NCBI GenBank assembly: GCA_030770535.1
Contig: JASVEC010000012.1
Span: 992,001-1,056,000 of the forward strand
Source: Batkoa obscura
Lineage: Eukaryota
Length of the DNA stretch: 64,000 nt
Direction of reading: 5' to 3'
The position numbers and the translations under genes were made by a program. The notes below the pieces were generated by a model, which had not been told where the DNA came from, did no database searches, and worked only from the letters and a program-made list of their open reading frames with translations. Below, piece by piece: positions 14,910-27,310 of this stretch (position 1 is the stretch's first letter; every line of letters begins with the position of its first letter).

Positions 14910-16100
14910 TTATTGTTGATCACGATTCCAAGATAATAAACTATTATCACCAAGTTTTCTATAAAAAAATAAAAGTATTAATTAAAAAAATATATAAAAT
15001 AAAAATAAAGTTTACCTAGGTTTAACAATATGACGAATAGTAAAAATCAAACCAAAGAGGACACAGACACCACCAACGACAAGATAAGCAATACCTAAAT
15101 AAGGATTTTTCCCACCCAAAAAGGAAACTGTTGAAATAATAATAGCTTTTTTCCCATTAAATTGAACGACATTAAAATTACTATCAATTTCCAATTGATA
15201 TTTTCCTTTTTTCATATCGCTTTCTGTTCTTCCATATAATTTACGGAAAGTAGGTAATCCTGCTGTACGCATCCAAACTTGAAAATGTTCATCTCTCGAT
15301 AAATCTGGTGGTGGGTATTTATCAGTATATTTGCCATCTGGGAAACGATTCACCCAATTAGGTGGTGGTAAAACTTGATCTGGTGTATAATTTGTTTTTG
15401 AAAATTTCTTACTATCACTATCCCATGCAATACCTTGTTCACTAAATGTAAACTTATTATTATCATCATCTAAATATTGAATCGGACGTATAGTATCATT
15501 AAATACAGAATTAGCAATTAAACCACAAGGATAATATGGAATTTTGTTTTCATTAACAGCTAATGGAGCACAATCTGACAATTCGGCTTCTGTTAATAAA
15601 GCTTGACCTAAAAGTTGATTATAAGAAATGGATTTAATATAACGTCGGTGATTTTGATAAAAATTGGTTAATTCATAATATAAAAATACAGGGCCTTCAA
15701 TATCTACTGGTATATCTAATTGAATCGTACATTTATTTGTATATAAATTATTCGGATTGGAACCATACAACTTATCCTTATTACTTTTATAATAAAAACT
15801 ACCACTACCATCTCCATTGACCGATGGTAATGAATATTTTGCTTCTTTAATTAAACTGAATTCTCCACCAACTGTATTACAATTAGTGTAATCAATAACT
15901 ATTTCAGATACTTGACCTGATAAATAAATCAATACACCACCTAATGGAGCAAATATAATGCCTATTAAAAATAAAGTAGGTAAAACAGTACGTGGAGTTA
16001 AAATGGGCTGCCATGCTCGAAGTCGTTGTTGTTTAAAAGCAGTATCTAATTCTTTACGACGATCTTTATATTCCGCTTTGGTAGTATTATTATCACTCAT
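14910..16100 (-). CDS. CDC50: CDC50/LEM3 P4-ATPase beta subunit
   Basis: FKQQRLRAWQPILTP, NFYQNHRRY, PCGLIANSVFNDT, VWMRTAGLPTFRKLY, GGKNPYLG; short last exon RKLGDNSLLSWN. Confidence 0.95.
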
Positions 16101-16521
16101 CTTTTTTGATTGAAAATTAAAGTAAAAATAAAGTGAAAATTGAATAACAATATTCAATTTAGGCTTGGTAAGGAAATAACGTTGATTTTATTGGTGCTTC
16201 TTGTTTTTCTACTTTCAAAAGCGGACAAATTCCATTGTTTTAACTGAATTGATAACTATTAATTGTTACTAAAAGTTAATATATTAAAATCAATACTTTA
16301 TATTAAATAATAAAAAATAAAATAAAATAAAATAAAATAATGCTATCCTGTATTATATATTATACTTACTACAATTATAATTTACTTTACTTCTATCAAA
16401 ACCAAGGATAGCCAACTCATTTTTAGCATAACTTAACTCAATTGAAACTTTTTTAAACATTCTTATCAGTTTTTAATTTATTAAATCAAAAAAATTCTAT
16501 CAATTTTGAATTTGAATTCCA

Positions 16522-17363
16522 ATGTCTTTATTAAGTCATTTTTTAAAAAATGCTAGTAAACAATTTCAAAATAATAGTAAAAAAGGTAACTCCAATCTCA
16601 TCGTTTCACTTTATAACTAACAATTACCCTAACATTGTAGCCTTTAACATTGATGAGTTATTAAACTGGCGAAAGGAGCTGGAATTAATAAATTTTAAAA
16701 AAGAGAACCCTTCCAGTTTAACTGAAAAATTCATTATTGGTAGTGATGCTGATATTGGCGGAAAATCATCGGTTAATCTCAGCCTTAACGATTGTGGTCA
16801 TGCTGTATTCTCTGGTAATATCTCACCTTATATGCCTAATTATTTAGAGATCAAAGTGCATGGCTATGCGGCATTTAAATTAAAAACCCCAGAAAATGGA
16901 TTTTTTGAGTCTGAATTATTTGATACATTACCATTTCGATATCTTGCATTAAGGGTCCGAGGTACCAATGGTAAAAATGGCATGCCACCAATAAGGAGGT
17001 TTACAGTCAATATTCAAACGGATAGTTTAATACCTTCCGACTTGTTTCAACATCGATTGTTTTTAAATAAACCAGGGGAATGGGAAACAGTATTGGTAAG
17101 TTTTTTGAGAGATTTATTTATTTCTATTTAAGATATTGATTTTTATTTCTCATTATATAAAATAGATACCTTTTAATGAGTTTGTATTAACAAATGATGG
17201 AGCCGTTGAACCTCAACAAATGAGTATGTTTAGAGAAAAAGTAAAATCAATTGGTATATCTCTTTTAGATCAAAAACCAGGTCCTTTTAAATTGGAGATT
17301 GATTGGATTAAAGCTTATAATAGTCCATATACTGATGGGGATATGGATATTGTACCAGAATAA
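16522..17363 (+). CDS. CIA30: Complex I intermediate-associated protein CIA30/NDUFAF1
   Basis: SDADIGGKSS, GYAAF, SDLFQHRLFL..PGEWETVLIPF, KSIGISLLDQKPGPFKLEIDWIKA; two introns. Confidence 0.9.
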
Positions 17364-18444
17364 TAAATAAAATATAAACAGTTTGATTGATTAGGGAGGT
17401 AATTTGTTTGTTATTGAACTATAAAATTGGATTAAAGGTTAAGGAAGATGGTTGTTTTTTAAAAAAAATTTAAAAATTTATCATGTTGTTAAATATAATA
17501 GACAGGTTAGTTTGAATAATAAAAATAGATTATATTGTTATAAAGAAGGAATGTGCAAAATTTTTAACTTTATATTTATGTTTATAAAATTAGTTAATAT
17601 ATATACTGGTAAGCTATAACAGTTAATTTTAGGTTGAATGTTATTTTGTTAATGATTTAAAGCTAAAGATATCTGGTTTTAGAAAAGATAAATATTACTT
17701 AAAGCACCTGTTTTGCAAAGATCAATGTTAATATTATATCACCAATTCTTGTATTGTTTTATCATTTTAAATAGTTTTTAAACTTATTTATAGTAGATAA
17801 AATATCTTTTTATTTATAAAGTCTTATCGATGTGATTGCCCTTCGAATATTTTTTATGTAGGTTTCTTTAATAAGTGCATAATTTTTTTTATAAAGTTTT
17901 TAGAGCTTTGTATAATGTTTTTATTCTATTGATTACATAGTTGATCATTATTTTTATTTTTTAAATAAATCAAATTCTTATTAATATTAATAATACACAA
18001 TATTATTCATATTTTATTTTTCAATATTTAACCTACACGTAATAAATAATAATTAAGATTCTTAGCTAAAAAAATATTAATACATGTTAAATCAAAAACT
18101 CTTGATAATATAAATATATAAACCAATCTCATTTTACAGCCGGATAGATATATATAACTTCCTAAAAACAATTAACTAGTCCTTATATTCCAATCAAATA
18201 AAACAAAATAATTTATTTAGTAATATATTCGTATTTCCTATTCAGTTTTCTTAACTTTTACCCTATTATATCAGTTTTCATATTATACGAAATTAATATC
18301 ACATCAATCTAAAAGGGATTTCAATAATTTCAACAAAAGCAAGAACATTACCAATCCAACAAGCTTCTAATGTTTTTAGTGCAAAAAGGTACTCTACTTT
18401 AGATATGGTAAAGGATAAAATAATCAACTTTTATAGTTGATGAA

Positions 18445-18467
18445 TGCGCCCACCGCGGATTGAACGC

Positions 18468-18511
<44 letters not shown>

Positions 18512-18517
18512 AGCCGC
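18445..18517 (-). tRNA. tRNA-Phe (anticodon GAA)
   Basis: Reverse complement GCGGCTATAGCTCAGTTGGGAGAGCGTCAGA-CTGAAGA-TCTGAAGGTCCCGCGTTCAATCCGCGGTGGGCGCA. Confidence 0.93.
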
Positions 18518-18608
18518 AATTTATAATATTATCGTATAACTATTATATATAATCTATTATTTATGGATAAAAGTGTTGAACGAAATCTCAATTTCATTTG
18601 GTATATAT

Positions 18609-18706
18609 GGAGATGTATTTTTTTGTTTAAGAATTTTACTAACAATTTTTCTGTTGAAATAGTGCTTAAAAAATGGAAAAAATAATGAAGTCAAAAAAAT
18701 ACCCTC
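18609..18706 (+). mobile_element. ~99-bp MITE copy A
   Basis: Family core TGTTTAAGAATTTTACTAACAA; imperfect terminal inverted repeats; ATAT on both sides. Confidence 0.9.
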
Positions 18707-18710
18707 ATAT

Positions 18711-18809
18711 AAGGGTATTTTTTTTGGCTTTATCACTTTTTCTATCTTTTAAGCGCTATCTAAGCGGAAATTTTGTTGGTAAAATCCTCAAACACAAAAA
18801 TACATCCCT
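18711..18809 (-). mobile_element. ~99-bp MITE copy B, inverted and abutting copy A
   Basis: Reverse complement of family consensus; ATAT at 18707-18710 and 18810-18813. Confidence 0.88.
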
Positions 18810-18837
18810 ATATGCTCCAACTGTACCAGTTTTAGTA

Positions 18838-19006
18838 CAGTAAAATGTCTTTATAGCTTATAAAATATCGGTCAGGTTTTTTCAAAATCGAATTAGTGTA
18901 CAACACAGCATCTCCTTACCTCCCTTAATTAATTTGAGAGTAATTGGTTACGTTTTGGCTTTTTGACAGAGTGGTTTGTTTAAGCAGGTTTTCAAGAATT
19001 TGACTG
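18838..19006. mobile_element. Degenerate Tc1/mariner(pogo)-type non-autonomous element
   Basis: TA|CAGTAAAATGTCTT ... AAGAATTTGACTG|TA: imperfect CAGT..ACTG termini with TA on both flanks. Confidence 0.45.
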
Positions 19007-19844
19007 TATTAGTTTTGATACATTTTTTAATCTGTCATATTATATCAGAATGCAATAAATTTAGATATAATTACTATTAAAATAAAAATTTAAAACATTG
19101 TTACTATGCTTTTATTTAAAAAATCTTTTTGAGATAGATATTATAGCAGTTTTTATAAATTTTATAATTAAAGTTATAAATATAGAAATATTAAGTCTGC
19201 TTATAACAGATTTTATAATATAGGCAATGATATTTAGCATTGGGCAACTTTCTAAAAAAAACAATTTTATGTTTTATTAGTATATAAAGTTTTAAACCAA
19301 GCTTTTTAAGTTTATAAATAACAGGTATAATGGCAGCACAGTTTGAAAAAAATAAGCAAAATGCTAATAAAACTTAATATATATATATTAATATAACTAT
19401 ATGCAAAAAAAAGCATTTGGTTTTGCTATAGCTAAAAAAAACAAATAACAGATTTCTTAATAATATAATTTTGTTATACTATAAAAAAGTAACGGATTGT
19501 TATAATTATTTATAATATTTATAATGTTTTTTTTTAAATTTATCTACTAAATGATAAAATAAACAAATGTTTAAATATATTTTAAAAAAATATAAAACTT
19601 GTATTTGCAATAATATATTTAAGCTTTTTATTATGCATTGCTGCAATAAATATAGTATTTTTCTTAGCTTTTAATATAGTAATAAAATTTCAATTTTGAT
19701 TTTAATTTAATAATTATACTATATTTTAAAAAATATTTTTTTAATCAGTATTTTTTTTAATAGCTTGCATAATAAAAAATAAACTTATTTTTTATAAAAG
19801 CATACTTTTGCTAAAAAAACTAAACTAAAAGTTAATAATTATAT

Positions 19845-19944
19845 GGGGACGTTTTTTTTGGTTTCATCACTTTTTCCATTTTTTAAGCACTATTTGAGCA
19901 AAAAAGATTGTTAGTAAAATTCTTAAACAAAAAAATACATCCCC
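19845..19944 (-). mobile_element. ~99-bp MITE copy C
   Basis: ATAT|GGGGACG..TACATCCCC|ATAT. Confidence 0.92.
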
Positions 19945-20333
19945 ATATAATTAAAAAAAAACCATAATTTAACCAGATTAAGAACAATTGTAATAGTTTT
20001 TAAATAATTATTATCAGTTTTTTGCCATAGTATCTTTTATTATATTAAAATGAATAATTTAATATATTTTTATATCAGTAATAGTTTTTTATTTTTGTTT
20101 AGTTAAATATAGCTTATATATAATTTTTTTAAGGTTAAGCATATTATGGATAAGTTATTAATTTATTAACTTGTTTATATAAAAACACTTGCCTGGAATT
20201 AAAACATTTTTAAATTTTATCATATATATTTAAAAAAGCTTAAAATTGGTACAATTTATTATTTAAATAAGCAGTAGAATTAAATATAGTAAATATGTAT
20301 GCTTTCATTATAGCATTAAATTAGTTTATATTT

Positions 20334-20432
20334 GGGAATATATTTTTTTGTTTAAGAATTTTACTAACAATCTTTCCACTCAAATAGCGCTTAAAAAATG
20401 GAAAAAATAATGAAACCAAAAAAAACACCCTC
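20334..20432 (+). mobile_element. ~99-bp MITE copy D
   Basis: ATTT|GGGAATA..CACCCTC|ATTT. Confidence 0.92.
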
Positions 20433-20539
20433 ATTTATTTATATCAAAAGGTTGATAAAAAGAATAAAAACAAATGTATTTTTATATTAATAAGAACTTT
20501 TATCTAGGATCAAGAATGTTGTCTTAATGATAAACAAAA

Positions 20540-21090
20540 AAATCCAGATAAAACACCCTGGTAAAGTGAGAAATTTTTGATTTATTATCGCAACGACAAT
20601 ATGCTTGTTTATAAAAGTAATTACTGTTGCCTAGATGTATGTCAGAGGAAAAAAGCAAAGGAAATACCTAGCAGGACTTGATTCACAAGATGTATTAATA
20701 GAGCAGCGTCTTTGAAAAGCTTTGTCAGGTCAAATTAAACAAACATCTTTTGATTGATCTCCAGATTCCTAACAAAGATTAGCCACTTCCTTGAAAGGCT
20801 CATTGCTATTGCCTATTGCGTTTTTAAGCAAATCTATATCTTTTTGATCGGTACTGCTATAATTGTTCAAAGCTCTTAAGTTCTTCCCTACATAAGCATG
20901 AGTTTTAGAGTAACTACCTTCATAACAGAAGGAACTGACATCCAAAATAAAGGTATAATTTGGTAGGTTATCAAACATAACCTCATATATCCTCTTGATA
21001 CCACATATAATTTTATTATTAGTGGCGCCTCGAAGACAAGCGCTAGGGGCGTTTGGGTCAATGAAGCCCTCTGGAGTTTTAAAAGCACCA
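20540..21090 (-). pseudogene. Decayed coding relic, possibly C2H2 zinc-finger-like
   Basis: More GC-rich than flanks; broken frames containing VCLI*PDKAFQRRC and KQAYCRCDNKSKISH. Confidence 0.3.
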
Positions 21091-21798
21091 CTTTATCTAA
21101 GGAAATGAGGAGTAACTAAGATTCTGACATTGGAAGTAAGATAAATTAAGGTATGTGGGATTTTAAGTTATCGTGACTTTATATAATTAATTCAAAAGAA
21201 ACAAAATAAAAACTATAGCAGTAAAAAGTGTCATAAAAATTGTCTGTCTTTTTTCTATCTAGTCATTCAATTACAGTCACAAAATACTTTTATTAACCAA
21301 AAAAATCATTAAAAAAGTGTAATAGTTTTGATACACTTAAATTAGTACCTATAATAAAAAATAAATTAAATATTTTAATGTACAATTTTATACTAATAAT
21401 CTTATTTAAATCTTTTTATTAATTTTATTACTCAAATATTAATAAGTTTAGTATAAGATGCCTAATTATTTAAATAAGTCAATAGACTGATTTTTTTCAT
21501 CGAAATAGCCAAATAAAATTTCCATTAAAGCAATGAATTAACTCTTAAAAACTTCGATAATTGATGTCAAATGATATTTTGCTTACTGGGATTTTCATTT
21601 TTATATATTAATTTTCTTAAAACTTGATTTTGAAATAGTAACTTTATCACTAAAAACAATCATATAATATATGTTTATTGATTCTTTGTTTAACAAATCA
21701 AAGCTTCCAGAGTATAAGTTTATAAAAATACAAACATATATAATAGGTTCATAACAATACATCAATTTTAAATCTTAAACAAAAATCTAAAAGACAAA

Positions 21799-22604
21799 AT
21801 GGGAAGATGACCAAGCTCCAGTGGTTTTGATAGATCTAACTATGACAGATTGAACAATAATAAAAGCAAGAAGGATATAGAGAATTTAGGTATATTAGAG
21901 CATGATAAAAGGCATTATCATCGAAGATATATTTATAAAAGTGGGTTTAAATATGCTATTGTACTAAACTATACCAACTTTGTGAAATCTTTCTTGAAAA
22001 AAGGCAATGTTGGCCAACTGAGTAATCAATCGTATCTTTTAGGTAGTAGTACGATGGGATTTTTTAGCTCCACTAGTTCTAAACTATCAAGTTCGTGTGA
22101 CTCAAATAAAAAGTTATTGATAGCTAAACAGATAAATACATTGGCCCAAGATATCATTGAATATATGGCAAAAGAACATTTTACTAAAGCAGCAAGTGTT
22201 AAGCATAGTTAATGCGAGAAGCTAATTACATTTTCTTTTACTAATAAAACCGGGATGAACAATATATAAATGAAGTTATATATAAAGATTATCACCTCAA
22301 ACTCTATAGACCATTTCATAGAAATGATACTATTAATCTAATCACTGTGAATGAGTTACCTGGTAGCATTATTGGTATCAAGTTGTAGAATTTAATTATT
22401 AACTACTACTCAAAGGTTGGTAAACTTGTTTATTGTAAACATAACAAGATTGAAAATCTGGACATTTATTCGGATTCCGTTACGATTGTATTGTTTACTC
22501 TTAGTTCTATTATCACTACCACTATAAATAAAGAGCTGTTAATTGATGGTTCGGTAGTTAGTACATTATCGGGAATCTCTGAAGTAATTTATTGCCGAAA
22601 TTAA
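21799..22604 (+). pseudogene. Disabled tandem paralogue of the 23049-23855 gene
   Basis: Colinear over its full length; stops at codon 4, 22210 and about 22386, frameshift near 22250; ends YCRN*. Confidence 0.85.
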
Positions 22605-23048
22605 ATAAATAGCAACATTAAATTAATAGTCTTTTTTTATTGGAATTTTTTTTACAATAAATGCTTTTTAATGACGTGGTAGAATATGTAATCTAGTCAA
22701 AATTTATTAAATCTTGGATTTATGAACTATTATTGTTCTTCAACTAAAAGATAAAATAAAATTCCACTAAAGCAATTATTTATTTTCTATCTTATAATTA
22801 AATTAACGATACTTTTTTTCTTTTTCTTTTTCTTTTTCTTTTTCTTTTTCTTTTTATAATAAAGTTTTAAAACCTTCAATTCTAAAAAAGAGCAATTTGA
22901 TGCTAAAAATAATTGAATAAATGAATACTTTTATTCTTATTTAATAAATTAAGGTTCTGGAGTAAAAAGCTACAAGAACATAAAATATAAATAAGACGAT
23001 AATAACGCATTGATTTTAAACTATCAACTAAATTCAAAAAACAAAAAA

Positions 23049-23855
23049 ATGGGTATAGCCCGAAGATCCGAAGATTCTGATATATATGAACACGATAAAA
23101 TGAATAATAATGAAAATAAAAAGGATTTGGAGGATTTAGGCATTCTAAGATACAACAAAAAACATTATTATCGAAGATATCTTTATGAAAGTAGTTTCAA
23201 ATATGCCATTGTATTAAACTATACCGACTTTATAAAAGAATTTTTAGACAAAAGTAAAATTGACCAACTGAGCAATCAAGCGTATTCATCTGGAAGTATT
23301 AAGTCAAGTTTTTTTGGTTCAAACCCTTCTGTTAAGTTATCCAGTACTTATGACTCAAATAAAGAGCTATTGATAGCTAAAGAGATAAAGATTTTGGCCC
23401 AAGGTATTATAGGACATATGACTAAACATTATTTTACTAAAGCAACAAGTATGAAGCATAATGAGAGAGAAAAATTAATAACTTTTTCTTTTATTAATAA
23501 AGACGACCGAGATGAACAATATATAAATGAAGTTTTATATAAAGAGAGCTATATCAAGTTGTATAAGCCCTTCTACAAAAAAGATGCTATTAAACTGATC
23601 ACTGTGGCTGATTTACCTGGTACTATTATTGGTAATGAATTAGAAAGTTTAGTTATTAAACATTATTCTACAATTGGTATGGTTGTTTATTGTAAACACA
23701 ATAAGGTTGAAAATCTGGACATCTATTCGGATTCAGTTACAGTTGTGTTAGCTACACTTGGCTCTGTTACTGCTACTACTGTAAACAAAGAGCTAATAAT
23801 TGATGGTTTAGTGGTCAGGACATCACCAGAATTTCCTGAAGTGATTTATTGTTGA
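23049..23855 (+). CDS. Intronless protein resembling non-LTR retrotransposon ORF1 (RRM-like region), ending where a zinc knuckle would start
   Basis: Intact ORF with ITFSF..DRD, ITVADLP..HYSTIGMVV..YSDSVTVVL..LIIDG..YC*; family call from motif pattern only. Confidence 0.5.
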   Translation: MGIARRSEDSDIYEHDKMNNNENKKDLEDLGILRYNKKHYYRRYLYESSFKYAIVLNYTDFIKEFLDKSKIDQLSNQAYSSGSIKSSFFGSNPSVKLSSTYDSNKELLIAKEIKILAQGIIGHMTKHYFTKATSMKHNEREKLITFSFINKDDRDEQYINEVLYKESYIKLYKPFYKKDAIKLITVADLPGTIIGNELESLVIKHYSTIGMVVYCKHNKVENLDIYSDSVTVVLATLGSVTATTVNKELIIDGLVVRTSPEFPEVIYC

Positions 23856-24309
23856 TATTAAATTATGTTAAATTAAAGCTTGAACTTTTATTATGCTTTT
23901 TTATATTTGAAATAGTTGAAAAATATATCTTTTTTTGGCCTCATTTTATCATTAGTTTTATAAAGAAGGATAAATAGTAGGAGAAAAGTCTTAATTGATT
24001 TTAAGACTAAACTTTATTAGTAATAATAAATGCTACTGCAACAACAAAATAAGAATATAGGATTTATACAATATATTATGATATAGATTTCTTGTTTATA
24101 AAAACAAATCAACAAATTAATATATTTAATTAGGTAAATTCATTTGTTGAAAATACAATGGAACTGAATTTCGGATTTTAGTTACGTAAAACCAATTTTA
24201 GCTAATACTAATAGTGCATTAATTAATTTAATGGAAAAACTTGAAATAGCAGTAGCCACTAAAAAACATATAAAAACAAAAAATAGTAATAACATTCTTT
24301 ACAAAAAAA

Positions 24310-25359
24310 ATGTCAAAAGTAATCAATAAACAAATTTATTATAAAGAGATCCCAAAGGGATTTCCACAACTCGATACAACCTTTGAGTATAAACAAGAAG
24401 AAATTGATTTAAACAAAGTTCAATTATCCCAGGGTCAAGTTTTATTAGAAAATTTGATTGCTTCCGTTGATCCCTATATGAGAGGAAGAATGAGGGATCC
24501 TAAAGTACGTTCCTATGTACCAGCATTTAAATTGAATACTAAATTAGATACTTTAACATTATCCAAAGTTATCCGCTCCAATGACTCCAATTTACCAGAA
24601 GGTACCTATGTAACCTTATCAGCTCCTTGTGAAAACTATTCAGTAGTAAAAGGGAAACACTGTACCCCAATAATCACTGATCCTTCTATTCCATTATCTT
24701 ATTATCTTTCTATTCTTGGTGTTCCTGGATTGACCGCCTACGTTGGGTTATATAAAATCGGACAACCAAAAGCAGGGGAAACCATATTTATTTCAGGAGC
24801 TTCAGGAGCAGTAGGTCAAATCGTTGGGCAATTAGCCAAAGAAAGAGGATTAAGAGTGATTGGCTCAGCAGGTGAAGATGAAAAGGTCGATTATTTAATT
24901 AAAGAGTTAAAATTCGATGGTGCTTTTAACTATAAAAAAGAAAAGGATTTAAAAAAAATATTAAAAGAGTTATGCCCTAAAGGGATCGATATTTACTTTG
25001 ATAATGTAGGTGGAAAAACTTTAGAAGTAGCTATTGGATTATGTAATGATTTTGCACGTATCCCATTGTGTGGTATGATCTCTCAATATAATTTAGCTCC
25101 CAAAGATTATTATCCTATCAAAAATTTGATCTTAGCTGTACCTAGACGTATTAAGATGGAAGGTTTTATTGCTACAGATGACCACGGTGAATATAGTAAA
25201 ATGTTCTTAAAGGATTGTCAAAACTTGATTAAACAAAACAAACTTAAGATCAGTGAAAGTATCGATCATGGAGTTGAAAATATACCAAGTTCCCTTTTGA
25301 AATTGTTCAAAGGTGGTAATCAAGGTAAACAATTAGTCAAATTAAGTTCCAAACTCTAA
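24310..25359 (+). CDS. NADP-dependent alkenal/prostaglandin reductase (zinc-independent MDR, PTGR-like)
   Basis: SVDPYMRGRM, LGVPGLTAYVGL, ISGASGAVGQIVGQ, GIDIYFDNVGG, CGMISQYN; ends in SKL (PTS1). Confidence 0.93.
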   Translation: MSKVINKQIYYKEIPKGFPQLDTTFEYKQEEIDLNKVQLSQGQVLLENLIASVDPYMRGRMRDPKVRSYVPAFKLNTKLDTLTLSKVIRSNDSNLPEGTYVTLSAPCENYSVVKGKHCTPIITDPSIPLSYYLSILGVPGLTAYVGLYKIGQPKAGETIFISGASGAVGQIVGQLAKERGLRVIGSAGEDEKVDYLIKELKFDGAFNYKKEKDLKKILKELCPKGIDIYFDNVGGKTLEVAIGLCNDFARIPLCGMISQYNLAPKDYYPIKNLILAVPRRIKMEGFIATDDHGEYSKMFLKDCQNLIKQNKLKISESIDHGVENIPSSLLKLFKGGNQGKQLVKLSSKL

Positions 25360-25561
25360 ATAAACTAGAACGTCATATTGAAATATTATGTTTTTATTTT
25401 TATTGTTATCTGTGTATTTTTCACTTTTATTATAGTGATTTATTTGATGTTATTCACTATTACTCATGATTTATAATTTTTAATTTTTAAAATGATGACT
25501 TCAATAAAATAGAGCAACTATAAAAATTAGGTTTTATTTCTTTATAATCATAATAACATAA

Positions 25562-27299
25562 ATGCTAATAAAAAGAAGGATAGTCAACTCACTAATAAAC
25601 CCAATAAAACTATTATGTTCAAAATATAGTAGTCAAAAGTATTCGATCATAAATTATAATGAAGATAAAAGTAAGAACTAATAAATCGAAAATGAAATTA
25701 CTAATATTTTTGATTTATTAAAAGAGATTCAACCAAGGGATCACTTTCAGTTAAAGTAAGTTAAATTCTATTAAAAGTATTATAGCGATTAAACATAAAC
25801 ATTGATAAATAGTAACAATAAAAACAACTTATTATTACAATGGAAACAAAAGCCAAGTACAATATTGATAGTAAAAAAACCAAATGATAAACAAACGGAT
25901 GAAGCATTGTTAGAGATGGTTGAGTAAATATTATTAATAATCGCAAAAAAATAATATTTAGTTAAACATTCCCAAAATCAGCTGGCTAAATCAACAAAAA
26001 TCATATAACATTATCATTGAACCACATAATAAGCCTGAAGTAATAGAAAAGTTGAAAGAAGTAACTGTTTTTAACCATGGTAAATTCAAATTTTAATATC
26101 TTTTGTAACTATCATAACTGAATATAATTCGACTTAAAGAAACATGGAAAGGATTAAAAAATCAAGTAGATATGGTAATAACTTTAGGTGGAGACGGTTC
26201 TCTATTACATGTATCTTCTTTATTTAATCAAACGGTGCCTCCTATCATCTCCTTTTCTATGGGTACGTTGGGATTTTTATTGCCGTTTCGTAAGATTTAT
26301 GTTGCTTTGTTATTTAAACTAATCATAATTGTTTATTCAGACATCAAAAACTATAAGTCAGATCTAAAAAATTTCATTAATGGCAAAATTCAACTTATAA
26401 AGCGAGATCGTTTAGCTTGCTCTTTTTTAGATAGTGATAATCAGCCCAAATTATTCTCTTGGACTGGGGAATCGAGTGGTAGTTTAAACTGTATTAGAGA
26501 TAAGATAGTATATCAATATTAATATTCTATTCTATTTAAATAGACAAAATCCATATAGTAAATGAAATCAATTTACATCGAGGTATTTATCCGCATTTAA
26601 CAAGTATAAATTGCTATGTTGATGATTTATATTTAACCAACGGAGTAGTAATATTAATATTCTTTAATTCATAATTACTATACTAACAAATCTAAGGCTG
26701 ATGGGTATATTAAATTATGATAATTTAAATAAACTTAAACTTAAACTTAAAATTATTTAGTATAATGATTTCTACGCCTACTGGTAGCACTGCTTACTCT
26801 TTATCCGCTGGTAATATAATATATTATTTGATAGTAATAATATGATGTAATACTATTATTCTTTTTATTAGGTGGTCCTATTATCCACCCAATGGTAGCT
26901 TGTTTATTATTAACTCCTATATGTCCAAGGTCGCTGTCGTTTAGGCCAGTGGTCTTACCTTCTACTAGTAAAATTACTTTGAAAGTAAGCTTTTATTATT
27001 TTATTACTTAACATTAATTAATTTAAAATCTTTAAGGTTCATCCGGAGTCTAGAACACATACTCAAATCTCATTGGATGGTAGACAAATTGGTACTTTGA
27101 ATTATAATGAATTAGTAAATGTAAATAATAATTTAATTTAATTGCTAATATAAAAATACTAATAATTAAAAATAAATAGATAACGATATCAGATTATCCT
27201 TTATTTTCAGCTAATAGAATAGGATTGGGTGAAGATTGGACACATGATATCAATCGATTATTAAAATGGAATCAAAGTTTTTCAATTTTTTCCAAATAA
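25562..27299 (+). CDS. POS5: NAD(H) kinase, POS5-like, probably mitochondrial (many exons)
   Basis: VITLGGDGSLLH, MGTLGFL, NE, ADG..STPTGSTAYSLSAGGP, TPICPRSLSFRP, LKWNQSF; basic N-terminal leader. Confidence 0.88.
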
Positions 27300-27310
27300 A
27301 AAAATCAACG

